Source of the DNA: Thermoleophilia bacterium
GTDB lineage: Bacteria > Actinomycetota > Thermoleophilia > BMS3ABIN01
Length of the DNA: 64,000 nucleotides
NCBI GenBank assembly: GCA_014859345.1
Contig: JACUUL010000005.1
Span: forward strand, 1,072 to 65,071
Reading direction: 5' to 3'
A model generated the notes under the pieces. It saw nothing but the letters and a program-made list of their open reading frames with translations. It searched no databases and was not told the origin of the DNA. A program made the position numbers and the translations under genes. This document shows, one piece after another, positions 1 to 9,423 of the stretch. Positions within the stretch are counted from its first letter, which is position 1. Each line of letters opens with the position of its first letter.

Positions 1-37
1 TCACCTGTCCGGCCGCGGCGTCTTTCTTTCGAAGCCC

Positions 38-1048
38 TTGATATTCCCCCCTGTGAAAATCTCAGCCGTCGGCACATACGTGCCGGAACGGGTCATGACC
101 AATGATGAGCTGTCGCTCAGCCTCGACACTTCTGACGAGTGGATATCCTCCCGCAGCGGCATCCGCGAGCGCCACATCGCGGAGAACGGACAGGCGGCGT
201 CCGATATGGGCGCGATTGCAGCGCGGCGGGCCTTGGCGGCGGCGGAAGCCAGTCCCGGCGACATCGATCTGATCATCGTCGCCAGCCTTTCACCGGACAT
301 GATTTTCCCGCCCACCGCCTCTTTCATATCTGGCGCGATAGGGGCCAACGGGACACCGGCCTTTGACCTCTCCGCCGCTTGCACCGGATTCATTTACGCC
401 CTGGCGGCCGGAAGCTCATTTATTGCTTCAGGACAGGCAGAGAGAGTGCTGGTAGTGGGTGCGGAGGCGGTGTCCAAGATGATAGACTGGGCGGACCGCT
501 CCACGGCGGTCCTTTTTGGGGATGGCGCCGGGGCGGTGCTGCTGGAGCCGGCCTCCGGGGAAGGAGAGGGCATAATAGGCTTCGACCTGGGAAATGATCC
601 CGAGGGGGCGGATCTGCTTGATTTGCCGGCGGGAGGGTCCCGCCTGCCGGCGAGCCGGGAAACGATTGAGAATCGCCTGCATTTTCTGAAAATGAACGGA
701 CGTGAGGTTTTCAAATTTGCCACCAGGATCATAGTATCCTCCGCGAGAAAGGTGCTGGCCGAACACGGGCTGCGGGTGGAGGACGTCGACCTCTTCGTGC
801 CCCATCAGGCGAATATACGCATCATTGATACCGCGGCGAGGAAGCTGGGCATTCCCCCGGAGCGGGTCTTTTCCAACCTTGAGCGGTATGGCAATACTTC
901 CTGCGCCTCGATTCCGCTTTGCCTGGACGAGGCAGCGGCCGCGGGCCGCCTGGGAGGCGGCAGCCTGGCCCTCATGGTGGGATTCGGAGCGGGACTGTCC
1001 TGGGGGTCATGCCTGGCTCGGTTTGACGAACTGAAAAGGGCTACCTGA
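38..1048 (+). CDS. fabH: 3-oxoacyl-ACP synthase III (FabH); TTG start at 38, may extend upstream of window
   Basis: Track ORF. N-terminus 'KISAVGTYVPERVMTNDELS' and the C-terminal Cys/His/Asn region are typical of KAS III. Heads a fab operon. Confidence 0.8.
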   Translation: MIFPPVKISAVGTYVPERVMTNDELSLSLDTSDEWISSRSGIRERHIAENGQAASDMGAIAARRALAAAEASPGDIDLIIVASLSPDMIFPPTASFISGAIGANGTPAFDLSAACTGFIYALAAGSSFIASGQAERVLVVGAEAVSKMIDWADRSTAVLFGDGAGAVLLEPASGEGEGIIGFDLGNDPEGADLLDLPAGGSRLPASRETIENRLHFLKMNGREVFKFATRIIVSSARKVLAEHGLRVEDVDLFVPHQANIRIIDTAARKLGIPPERVFSNLERYGNTSCASIPLCLDEAAAAGRLGGGSLALMVGFGAGLSWGSCLARFDELKRAT

Positions 1049-1179
1049 GGCATCATCCGGCACTCCGGCTTAAGCAATGCAAGCGCGACACGACTTTAAT
1101 ATGCCGAAGATCTCGAACGTCAGGCTCTTCGCCACGCAGGTCTTCAACCTGACAAGTGGAACGAGAACTGGAGGATGCG

Positions 1180-2142
1180 ATGCCTAACCGCATCTGCGAG
1201 CTGCTCGATATAGACCATCCCATCATCCAGGGCGGCATGACCTGGGTAAGCGATGCTTCCCTGGCGGCAGCCGTCTCAAACGGAGGCGGCCTGGGAATCA
1301 TCGGCGCCGGAGCCATGCCGGCCGACGTGCTGCGTGAGGAGATTGGCAAGGCCCGCACGCTTACCGACAGGCCATATGGCGTCAACCTGATAATGATCAC
1401 CCCCAATCTTGACGAACAGCTGGAGGTGGTTGTGCGGGAACGGCCGCCAGTGGTCTCACTGGGCGCCATTCAGAGTACGTCGGTAATACCGGTGCTAAAG
1501 GAGGCCGGCATCAAGGTCGTGCCCGTCGTGGCGGCCGTATCCATGGCCCGGCGCTGCCAGCAGCAGGGCGCCGACGCCATTGTCGCAGAGGGCGCGGAAG
1601 CAGGGGGGCACATAGGAGAGACTACCACCATGGTTCTGACACCGCTGGTGGCCAGAGCGGTGGAGGTGCCGGTGGTGGCGGCCGGCGGGATCGTGGACGG
1701 CGCCAGCCTGGTGGCCGCGTTCGTTCTGGGTGCGGAAGGCGTCCAGATGGGCACCCGCTTCGTCTGCGCAACCGAATGCACCGTGCACGAAGCTGTCAAG
1801 GAGAAGTTTGTTAAATCCGGAGACCGGGCCACGGTTGTGACCGCGCGCTCCATCGGCTACCCCGTCCGCTCCTTAAAAAACAAGCTCGCCAAGCTCTACG
1901 ACGAGTGGGAAAAGAAATTCATAGCGAGCGAGTGCACCGCCATGGAAGTGGAGAACCTGGGGCTGGGCAAGCTGCGCGAGGCCATGCGCGAAGGCAACGT
2001 CAGGGACGGTTCCATGATGGCAGGCCAGTGCGTGGCCCTGGTGGAGAACGTGCAGCCGGCGGCGGAGATTATAGCCGGGATCATCGCTGAGGCGGAGCAG
2101 GTGGCCGGGGAGCTGCCGGCCAGGCTGGTGCTCAGGAGATAA
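1180..2142 (+). CDS. fabK: enoyl-ACP reductase II, FMN/NMO-type (FabK)
   Basis: Nitronate monooxygenase-like fold ('IIQGGMTWVSDASLAAAVSNGGGLGIIG'). Lies inside the fab cluster. ATG at 1180 is preceded by GGAGGA; the track ORF starts at 1156. Confidence 0.7.
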   Translation: MPNRICELLDIDHPIIQGGMTWVSDASLAAAVSNGGGLGIIGAGAMPADVLREEIGKARTLTDRPYGVNLIMITPNLDEQLEVVVRERPPVVSLGAIQSTSVIPVLKEAGIKVVPVVAAVSMARRCQQQGADAIVAEGAEAGGHIGETTTMVLTPLVARAVEVPVVAAGGIVDGASLVAAFVLGAEGVQMGTRFVCATECTVHEAVKEKFVKSGDRATVVTARSIGYPVRSLKNKLAKLYDEWEKKFIASECTAMEVENLGLGKLREAMREGNVRDGSMMAGQCVALVENVQPAAEIIAGIIAEAEQVAGELPARLVLRR

Positions 2143-2222
2143 AGGGCCTATGGCGGGAATCTTTGAACCAGACAACGATACGGGCGCGCAGGGCGGCAGG
2201 CCGGCGGTGAGCGCGTAGAGTC

Positions 2223-3140
2223 ATGGGCAAGCTGGCGTTGGTATTTCCCGGCCAGGGCTCCCAGGCGGTTGGCATGGGGGTGGAAATGGCCTTAAAGTAT
2301 GAGTCTGCTGCGGAGGTTTATCAGCGCGCTGACCGGTCGCTGGGCTGGAATATAAGCGACCTCAGTTTTTCGGGCCCCGCCGAGAAATTGAACCTGACGG
2401 AAAACGCCCAGCCGGCGCTTTATGTCAACAGCCTGGCTGCCATGGCGGTGCTCAGGGAAAAGGGCATCCGGGCTGATGTTGTTTCCGGCCACAGCCTCGG
2501 AGAGTACAGCGCCCTGGCTGCTGCGGGCGCGGTCGGGTTCGAAGAAGGACTGAAACTTGTGCGGCGGCGGGGAGAGATCATGGGAAGGACGGCCGCGGAG
2601 CGCCCCGGCTCGATGGCGGCCATCCTGGGCCTCGAGGACAGGCAGGTAGAGGAGATTTGTTCGCGGACGGGGAGAGTCTGGCCGGTCAATTACAACTCCC
2701 CGGGCCAGCTGGTGGTCAGCGGCGAGGCCGAAGCGGTGCAGGCTGCCATGCAGGCTGCGGAGGATGCGGGGGCCCGAAAAACGGTGAGACTGGCGGTTGG
2801 CGGCTCGTTTCACAGCCCGCTCATGCAGGCCGCCTCTGAAGAAATGGAGGAGCTGCTAAAGGAAACCCGGTTTGCCGAACCGGCGCCGCCGTTTCTTTCA
2901 TCGATAAGCTGCGGCTACGAGGGCGCCGCCGCCCTGGCAGGCCTGCTCACCCGACAGATCGTGGCTCCCGTGCGCTGGCGCCAGGCGGTGGAGAAGCTGG
3001 TCGCCGATGGAGTCGACCGCTTTATCGAGGCAGGCAGCGGCAAGGTGCTTTGCGGGCTGATAAAGAGAATCAGCCCGGATGTTGCCGCGGTAAACGTCTC
3101 GGATGAGGCCAGCCTCAAGAAGGCGATGGCCACGGTATAG
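2223..3140 (+). CDS. fabD: malonyl-CoA:ACP transacylase
   Basis: 'LVFPGQGSQ' and the 'GHSLGEYSALAAAG' active-site serine motif. Confidence 0.9.
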   Translation: MGKLALVFPGQGSQAVGMGVEMALKYESAAEVYQRADRSLGWNISDLSFSGPAEKLNLTENAQPALYVNSLAAMAVLREKGIRADVVSGHSLGEYSALAAAGAVGFEEGLKLVRRRGEIMGRTAAERPGSMAAILGLEDRQVEEICSRTGRVWPVNYNSPGQLVVSGEAEAVQAAMQAAEDAGARKTVRLAVGGSFHSPLMQAASEEMEELLKETRFAEPAPPFLSSISCGYEGAAALAGLLTRQIVAPVRWRQAVEKLVADGVDRFIEAGSGKVLCGLIKRISPDVAAVNVSDEASLKKAMATV

Positions 3141-3183
3141 AGACTCCTGTTTACTGCCAGATTAATCTATCAAAGGACGGGAA

Positions 3184-3951
3184 TTGAACACTGGTGACGA
3201 AACTCGCAGCACGCTCGAGGGCCAGGTGGCCCTGGTCACCGGCTCGGCAAGAGGCATAGGCCGCGCCACGATCGAGGCGCTGGCGGCGGCCGGGGCCGCC
3301 GTGGCCATAAACGATCTAGGGAACATGACAGGCGCCCAAAAGCTGGCGGCCGGCCTGGGCGAAGAGGGGGTCAAGGCCACGGCCTACGAAGCTGACATAT
3401 CCGATGCCGGCCAGGTGAAGGCCATGATCGAGCATGTGGAAAATGAGCTGGGAGGGATTTCCATACTGGTAAACAACGCCGGCATCACCCGCGACGGTCT
3501 GGTGATGCGTATGAGCGAAGCCGACTTTGACGCTGTTATCGCCACCCACCTTCGCGGATCATTTCTCTGCTGCAAGGCGGTCGCCCGGGGCATGATGAAA
3601 GCCCGGGGCGGCGTCATCATCAACATGGCCAGCGTCGTCGGCAGGCGCGGCAATCCCGGCCAGGCAAATTATGCCGCCGCCAAGGCCGGCATCATCGGCC
3701 TCACCAAATCACTGGCGCGTGAATTGGGGCCGCGCGGCGTCAGGGTAAACGCGGTGGCCCCGGGCTACGTGGCCACCGAAATGACCGCGGCTCTATCGGA
3801 AGCGCAACAGGAGTCCATCCTGAAAAATACGCCTCTGGGCCGGCTGGCTACGCCGGAGGAGGTGGCCGGCGTCATAGCTTTTCTGGCTTCACCTGCGGCT
3901 TCCTATATCACTGGAGCAGTGATTCCGGTAGATGGAGGACTGGGTATATGA
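3184..3951 (+). CDS. fabG: 3-oxoacyl-ACP reductase (short-chain dehydrogenase/reductase)
   Basis: 'VALVTGSARGIGRA' Rossmann motif, 'NNAG', and the 'YAAAKAG' catalytic Y-x3-K. TTG start with AAGGA upstream. Confidence 0.85.
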   Translation: MNTGDETRSTLEGQVALVTGSARGIGRATIEALAAAGAAVAINDLGNMTGAQKLAAGLGEEGVKATAYEADISDAGQVKAMIEHVENELGGISILVNNAGITRDGLVMRMSEADFDAVIATHLRGSFLCCKAVARGMMKARGGVIINMASVVGRRGNPGQANYAAAKAGIIGLTKSLARELGPRGVRVNAVAPGYVATEMTAALSEAQQESILKNTPLGRLATPEEVAGVIAFLASPAASYITGAVIPVDGGLGI

Positions 3952-3998
3952 AAACATTGCAGATTTGCAGACTGGTTCTTCATGGAGAGAGATAAAAA

Positions 3999-5234
3999 AT
4001 GAGCGGCCGCCGCGTGGCCATAACAGGAATTGGCGTGATTTCGCCGCTGGGCATCGGTCTGGAAACCTTTTGGGATGCGCTGGTGTCGGGCAGGTCTGGC
4101 GCTGGTCCCATCACCCAGTTTGACGCGTCCGAATTCCGCGTGCGCATCGCCGCGGAAGTCAAGGATTTCGATCCTGCGGAATGGATGGAAAAAAAGAAGG
4201 CTCGCCGCATGGACCGGTTCGCGCAGTACTCGGTGGCCGCGGCCAGGATGGCCGTGGAGGACGCCTCCCTGGATGTCGCCGGGGACGCTGAAAAAATCGG
4301 CGCCATGGTAGCCAGCGGCATAGGCGGGGTAAAAACCTTTGAGAAGGAGACCGGAAACCTGATCAGAAAGGGGCCGGACCGGGTTAGCCCCCTGTTCATC
4401 CCCATGGAGATCGCAAATATGGCCTCCGCGCAAGTATCCATCGAGCTGGGCGTCAAGGGACCGGTAAGCACCGTATGCACGGCATGCGCCGCCGGCAACA
4501 ACGCCATCGGCGACGCGTTCGAGATAGTCAAGCGCGGCGCGGCCGACGTCATGCTGGCCGGGGGCAGCGAAGCCTCGGTGTCGCCCGTAGGAATAGCCGC
4601 CTTTGCCGCCATGCGGGCCTTGTCGGAAAGGAATGACGAACCTGAGCGGGCGAGCCGGCCCTTTGACCGCGACCGAGACGGTTTTGTCATGGGCGAAGGA
4701 GCGGCCATTCTGGTGCTGGAGGAAATGGAGAGAGCCAAAGACCGGGGCGCACGAATCTACGCGGAGATTTCCGGTTACGGCATGAGCTCGGACGCGTATC
4801 ACATCAGCGCCCCGGAGCCCGGAGGAGAAAATGCGGCCCGGGCCATGACTGCGGCGCTAAAGGAAGCGCAGCTATCAGCCGCGGACCTCGACTATATCAA
4901 CGCTCACGGCACCTCTACCCCGCTGGGCGACGAGATCGAGACGCGAGTGATCAGGACGGCCCTCGGAGAGCACGCGGACAGGGTGGCTGTCAGCTCAACC
5001 AAGTCAATGACAGGGCACTGCTTGGGGGCGGCCGGGGCGCTGGAGGCGGCGGTGTGCGTTCTGGCAATCGAGCGTGGAGTCATTCCCCCGACCATAAATC
5101 TCGACAATCCCTGTCCAGGATGCGACCTGGATTATGTCCCCAATCAGGCCAGGGAACGGCAGGTCACGGTGGCGGCATCCAACTCCTTCGGTTTTGGCGG
5201 CCACAACGTTACCCTCATCTTTCGCGCTCACTGA
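3999..5234 (+). CDS. fabF: 3-oxoacyl-ACP synthase II
   Basis: 'RRVAITGIGVISPLG' and the KAS II catalytic Cys/His/His regions. Starts 48 nt after fabG with no acpP between. Confidence 0.9.
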   Translation: MSGRRVAITGIGVISPLGIGLETFWDALVSGRSGAGPITQFDASEFRVRIAAEVKDFDPAEWMEKKKARRMDRFAQYSVAAARMAVEDASLDVAGDAEKIGAMVASGIGGVKTFEKETGNLIRKGPDRVSPLFIPMEIANMASAQVSIELGVKGPVSTVCTACAAGNNAIGDAFEIVKRGAADVMLAGGSEASVSPVGIAAFAAMRALSERNDEPERASRPFDRDRDGFVMGEGAAILVLEEMERAKDRGARIYAEISGYGMSSDAYHISAPEPGGENAARAMTAALKEAQLSAADLDYINAHGTSTPLGDEIETRVIRTALGEHADRVAVSSTKSMTGHCLGAAGALEAAVCVLAIERGVIPPTINLDNPCPGCDLDYVPNQARERQVTVAASNSFGFGGHNVTLIFRAH

Positions 5235-5247
5235 GCCTGAGATTGTC

Positions 5248-6195
5248 ATGGCACATGTCTCCGTCGACATCAGCAGACGCAACGGCACTCCGGACGCTGT
5301 TGGCTGTCCCTCCTGCAAGGAGCTCCTCAACAGGGCCGAGCTGGCGAAAAATCTCCAGGTCTGCCACCATTGCGGCCATCACTTCCGAGTCGGTGCCCGG
5401 GAACGAGTCGGGCAGCTTGCCGACGTCGGCACATGGTCCGAGATCGCCGGAAGCCTGCGCTCGGCAGATCCACTTGAATTTTACGATCTCAGGCCTTACC
5501 CCGAGCGAATCGAGGAGGCCGAGTACGATACCGGCCTTTCCGAAGCCATCCTGGTTGGGACCTGCAAGCTTCACAAGATGGATGTCGTGCTCGCGGCCAT
5601 GGATTTCGCTTTTTTAGGAGGAAGCATGGGCAGCGTCGTCGGCGAAAGGTTCTGGCGGGCGGCCGAGACCGCAGCGGAGTCCCGCTTTCCACTTGTCGTG
5701 GTGTGTGCTTCAGGCGGCGCCCGCATGCAGGAAGGCATCCTCTCGTTGATGCAGATGGCCAAGACCACCTGCGCGGTGGAGATGTTGGGCGAGGTGCCGG
5801 TCCCCTTCGTAACGGTGCTTACCCATCCCACTACCGGCGGAGTGATGGCAAGCTTCGCCACGCTCGCCGATGTCATCATCTCGGAGCCCGGGGCCCTCCT
5901 TTGTTTCACAGGACCCCGCGTCATCGAGCAGACGGTCAAGGAGGCGCTGCCGGAAGACTTCGGCAGGGCTGAGTCCAACCTGGCTCATGGCCAGATCGAC
6001 ATGATTGTATCCCGTCCGGAGCTCAAAGACCGGCTCGTGCAAATACTGGGCATGATGGAAGGGGGTGTCGCCTGTGCCCTCGAACCGATCTGGGAAGCAG
6101 AAGCGCGCCGTGGAAGACGAGGAGGGCCGTTTGCGGAAGCGCTTAAGCGAATTAAAGCGCTTGCCAACCCTTCCGGGCGTCCATCTAAAAGATGA
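5248..6195 (+). CDS. accD: acetyl-CoA carboxylase carboxyltransferase beta subunit
   Basis: N-terminal C4 zinc ribbon (CPSCKELLNRAELAKNLQVCHHCGHHFR) followed by a carboxyltransferase domain. ATG at 5248. Confidence 0.85.
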   Translation: MAHVSVDISRRNGTPDAVGCPSCKELLNRAELAKNLQVCHHCGHHFRVGARERVGQLADVGTWSEIAGSLRSADPLEFYDLRPYPERIEEAEYDTGLSEAILVGTCKLHKMDVVLAAMDFAFLGGSMGSVVGERFWRAAETAAESRFPLVVVCASGGARMQEGILSLMQMAKTTCAVEMLGEVPVPFVTVLTHPTTGGVMASFATLADVIISEPGALLCFTGPRVIEQTVKEALPEDFGRAESNLAHGQIDMIVSRPELKDRLVQILGMMEGGVACALEPIWEAEARRGRRGGPFAEALKRIKALANPSGRPSKR

Positions 6196-7063
6196 AATAA
6201 CAAAAATTAGCCAGCGCATTAAGGAGCTGGGCAGCGGCCGGCGTGTCGACAGGCATGTCTGGGACAAGGTGGAGCTGGCCAGGCATCCCAAGCGGCCCTA
6301 CTCTCTCGATTACATCCAGCATATGTTTTCCGGCTTCATCGAGTTGCGCGGAGACAGGCTTTTCGCGGACGACCCGGCCATCATCGGGGGGCTGGCCTCC
6401 TATCATGGCCGCACCATAATGGTTGTCGGCCACCAGAAGGGCAGGGATCTGGCGGCACGGACACGCCGCAACTTTGGCATGCCGCGGCCGGAAGGATACC
6501 GCAAGGCCCAGCGGCTGATGAATCTGGCCAGCAAATTCGGCATCCCGGTCCTTACTCTGATAGACACTCCGGGCGCTTATCCGGGAGTGGCTGCCGAAGA
6601 GCGCGGCCAGGGCGGCGCCATCTCCAGCACCCTTATGTGCATGGCGCGCCTGGACGTGCCTACTGTTTCGGTGATAATTGGAGAGGGAGGGAGTGGCGGC
6701 GCTTTGGCCCTGGCCCTGACTGACCGGGTGCTGATGCTGGAAAACTCGATCTATTCGGTTATCTCCCCCGAGTCTTGCGCCGCAATCCTCTGGAAGGACT
6801 CCGATGAGGCGCAGCTGGCGGCCCAGACGCTCAGGCTAACGTCTGCTGAACTGCTGGATCTCGAAATCATCGATGGAGTACTCCCGGAGCCGCGCGGCGG
6901 CGCCCATCGCGATCACGCATCAGCCGCGCGCATCCTGAAGGATGCTCTTGAGGAAAACCTGCGGGACCTGGAAACGGCGCATCCGCGGCGAAGAAAAAAA
7001 GAGCGCCACGAAAAGTTCAGAAGGATGGGGGTCTGGCGGGAACACGGCCTGACGCTCTTTTAG
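6131..7063 (+). CDS. accA: acetyl-CoA carboxylase carboxyltransferase alpha subunit; start uncertain, overlaps accD 3' end in another frame
   Basis: 'ARHPKRPY...GDRLFADDPAIIGGLA...IMVVGHQKG' AccA motifs. Candidate TTG at 6131 with GGAGGG upstream. The track ORF opens at GTG 6065. Confidence 0.7.
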   Translation: MRKRLSELKRLPTLPGVHLKDEITKISQRIKELGSGRRVDRHVWDKVELARHPKRPYSLDYIQHMFSGFIELRGDRLFADDPAIIGGLASYHGRTIMVVGHQKGRDLAARTRRNFGMPRPEGYRKAQRLMNLASKFGIPVLTLIDTPGAYPGVAAEERGQGGAISSTLMCMARLDVPTVSVIIGEGGSGGALALALTDRVLMLENSIYSVISPESCAAILWKDSDEAQLAAQTLRLTSAELLDLEIIDGVLPEPRGGAHRDHASAARILKDALEENLRDLETAHPRRRKKERHEKFRRMGVWREHGLTLF

Positions 7064-7123
7064 GAGCCGGCTTTTAGCAAGCTGTCGGAAATCCGCGCCT
7101 CAGCTGGCAGCGACAGCCGGCGC

Positions 7124-7603
7124 TTAAACCACATCGCTGTTCCCGATCTCCCGGTCGTGATAATCATGATAAGCAAAATAGCCGGCTATCTCTCCCGAGA
7201 TGAACGCGTCTCCCAGCCGGTTCAGGGTCAGAATTCCCTGAAGCAGCTGGTTCTCCTCCCAGCTGTCGACCGCGAGCAGGTGGTTTATCAGGGTTTCCTC
7301 CAGCGCTCGCCGCAGGGCCATGCCGGTGGATATGATATCCGGAAGGCCGAATCCGACGGCACTTCGCCGATAAGACGTCTCCTGGGCGGCTGACCGCACC
7401 CGGCGGAGGACATCAGTACGCTGATATTCCTCGGCCTCGAAAAAAGCGATTGTGAGCGACAGCAGGCCGGAGGCGAAGTTCGTCCCCATGGATGTTTTAA
7501 GCATCTGCTCGAAGTCCTCGGCGATAATGCCGTTCAGATTATCGAGCCAGCGCCTGATGACCTCTTCCTGATTTTCTCTGAGGGTATTTGCAAGTAAATA
7601 CAT
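7124..7603 (-). CDS. hypothetical protein, RsbRD_N-like (RsbT co-antagonist N-terminal-like) domain
   Basis: The track ORF is longer with a low-complexity Arg/Gly-rich N-terminus. The conserved part starts at ATG 7603 ('MYLLANTLRENQEEVIRRWLDNL'). Confidence 0.4.
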   Translation of the reverse strand: MYLLANTLRENQEEVIRRWLDNLNGIIAEDFEQMLKTSMGTNFASGLLSLTIAFFEAEEYQRTDVLRRVRSAAQETSYRRSAVGFGLPDIISTGMALRRALEETLINHLLAVDSWEENQLLQGILTLNRLGDAFISGEIAGYFAYHDYHDREIGNSDVV

Positions 7604-7704
7604 ATAAACGTCCCGGTCAGAGACTATTTTTGCTATCGGAGGATAGATGCAGAAACTTAATTTGCAGGGAAAACAGGAGCCATGCGAGGGCGCGCCCCGG
7701 AGTG

Positions 7705-8469
7705 TTAAACGGCTTGGTTGGCGATGAGCGCGGCGGTCGCGCCTGCCCCGATGCCGTTGTCGATGTTCACCGCGACCAGTCCGGGACAGCAGCTCTGCAG
7801 CATTGAAAGCAGGGCAGTTACGCCTTCGCCACCCAGACCGTAGCCGGTTGAGGTGGGCAAGCCTATAACCGGGACGGCAACCAGGCCGGCAACCACCGAC
7901 GGCAGCGCCCCCTCCATCCCCGCCGCCACGATCATCACAGCCACTCCCGCGTCCACCATTTCGCTGAGAGGTTCCGCCAGCCGGTGCACGCCGGCGACCC
8001 CGACGTCGTAAGCCCTGAACACATCGCAACCCATCTCTTCAGCCATTATTCGGGCCTGCTCGGCTACGGCCACATCGGCAGTGCCGGCCGTGAGAATGCC
8101 CACTTTGCCGCCCCCGGCAGGTTTTTCATAGTCACGGCCTCTCACGACCAGTGTTCCGGCCGCCTCGTTTCCAGCCGCCACCATGCCGTCGAATTCGGTG
8201 GCCAGATCTTGCCAGCCCTCCCTGTCGAGGCCGCTGATGATGGCCCTGCCGGAGTGTTCAATCAGGCCGGCCGATATCTTCCTGACCTGTTCGGCTGATT
8301 TACCCGGGGCATAGACGACCTCGGGCACGCCCTTGCGGCCGTGGCGGCCCAGGTCCAGGCGGGCGAACTCGCCGATGTGCGCTACTGAAAGCAGGGCCAG
8401 CCGGGAGTCAGCCTCGTCCAATGAAATTTCCCCCCGGGCCAGCTGGCCGAGTATCTCGCGTATCTTCAT
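7705..8469 (-). CDS. larB: LarB-family PurE-like carboxylase (pyridinium-3,5-biscarboxylic acid mononucleotide synthase-like)
   Basis: ~250 aa with an N-terminal LarB-specific domain plus a PurE-like fold ('VGILTAGTADVAVAEQARIMAEEMGCDVFRAYDVGVAGVHRL'). Overlaps the upstream amidohydrolase gene by 4 nt. Confidence 0.7.
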   Translation of the reverse strand: MKIREILGQLARGEISLDEADSRLALLSVAHIGEFARLDLGRHGRKGVPEVVYAPGKSAEQVRKISAGLIEHSGRAIISGLDREGWQDLATEFDGMVAAGNEAAGTLVVRGRDYEKPAGGGKVGILTAGTADVAVAEQARIMAEEMGCDVFRAYDVGVAGVHRLAEPLSEMVDAGVAVMIVAAGMEGALPSVVAGLVAVPVIGLPTSTGYGLGGEGVTALLSMLQSCCPGLVAVNIDNGIGAGATAALIANQAV

Positions 8470-9392
8470 GCCCCCACCATCCTCAGCAGTTCCTGGCCGC
8501 TGCCGCCCAGGATAGCCTCCCGGTCCGCAGCCGGCAGGCCGGATTTTTCTATGTCCCCGAAGTAGCGGTCCATGGGAATGAGCGGGTAATCGCTGCCAAA
8601 GAGTATTTTTCGTGAGCCCACCGCCTCCGCCGCCAGGCGATATACGGAGGCGTCGTACAGGTAGGGACTGGCCGAACAGTCATACCAGACATTCGCCAGC
8701 GCCTCCCTGACGTCGGGCATCAGTTCGAAGAAGGCCAGGCCGCCACCCCAGTGGGAGTAAATCAGTCTCAGCTCCGGATGTCTCAACGCAAGGTTGTAGC
8801 CCTTGCGGGGGCTGGTGGGGCCCTTCCCCGGGTATTTGCGGCCCACCGGCTCGCTCAGATGGACCATGACCGGGAGATCGTGGGCAGCGGCGAACTCCCA
8901 GAACGGCTCCAGCCCTGCCTCATCGTCCAGGTCGAAATGTTGTCCCAGGGGCTTGAGCTCACCGACTCCCTTGAGGCCCAGGCCCAGGCAGCGATCGAGT
9001 TCCCTTATAGCTTCGGGATGCAGGGGAGGGACATTGGCCAAGCCAACCAGGCGCTCCGGATAACGCGCCGCGGCATCGGCAATATAGCTGTTGGTCTCGA
9101 CGTAAAGATCGAAGCTTTTCCAGGCGAAGCCGCACACCACCGCCCGGTCCACGCCGCAGCGGTCCATCTCCCCGATAAGCTCGGACACCCGTGCCATGCG
9201 GGCCTGGGGAGAGCCGTAGAGCCGGGCAAACCACTCCTCCCGGGCCAAATAGGCCTCGCGGTTGGCGATCACATCCGGCGAGAACACGTGAGTGTGGAAG
9301 TCGATGATCATTAGCTGGCGGCCAGCGTTGGAAATTCGGGCAATGACTCGACAGAGGAGGGCATCGCGCATGTTCCGCACCGCCTGGAGCAC
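8466..9392 (-). CDS. amidohydrolase-2 family metal-dependent hydrolase/decarboxylase
   Basis: 'IIDFHTHVF' metal-binding start and a TIM-barrel amidohydrolase_2 pattern ('FGSDYP'). Confidence 0.65.
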   Translation of the reverse strand: MLQAVRNMRDALLCRVIARISNAGRQLMIIDFHTHVFSPDVIANREAYLAREEWFARLYGSPQARMARVSELIGEMDRCGVDRAVVCGFAWKSFDLYVETNSYIADAAARYPERLVGLANVPPLHPEAIRELDRCLGLGLKGVGELKPLGQHFDLDDEAGLEPFWEFAAAHDLPVMVHLSEPVGRKYPGKGPTSPRKGYNLALRHPELRLIYSHWGGGLAFFELMPDVREALANVWYDCSASPYLYDASVYRLAAEAVGSRKILFGSDYPLIPMDRYFGDIEKSGLPAADREAILGGSGQELLRMVGA

Positions 9393-9423
9393 GGTCCAGG
9401 CGGTGCGGAAGGACGAAACGGGT

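Noticed and set aside
1-393. Minus-strand ORF antisense to fabH, and many similar long antisense or overlapping ORFs (for example 3903..4802, 11007..11747, 14391..15191, 23300..24532, 26169..27329, 27800..28546, 31831..33231, 43387..44460, 47638..48417, 49051..49764, 59604..60173)
   Set aside because: They lie opposite or out of frame to genes with clear homology, have low-complexity Arg/Pro/Gly-rich translations typical of high-GC frame artefacts, and have no RBS.
5134-7063. accD-accA as a frameshifted pseudogene or fusion
   Set aside because: Both reading frames are intact with their own conserved domains. Overlap of adjacent carboxyltransferase genes is common, so it is reported only as an overlap to verify.
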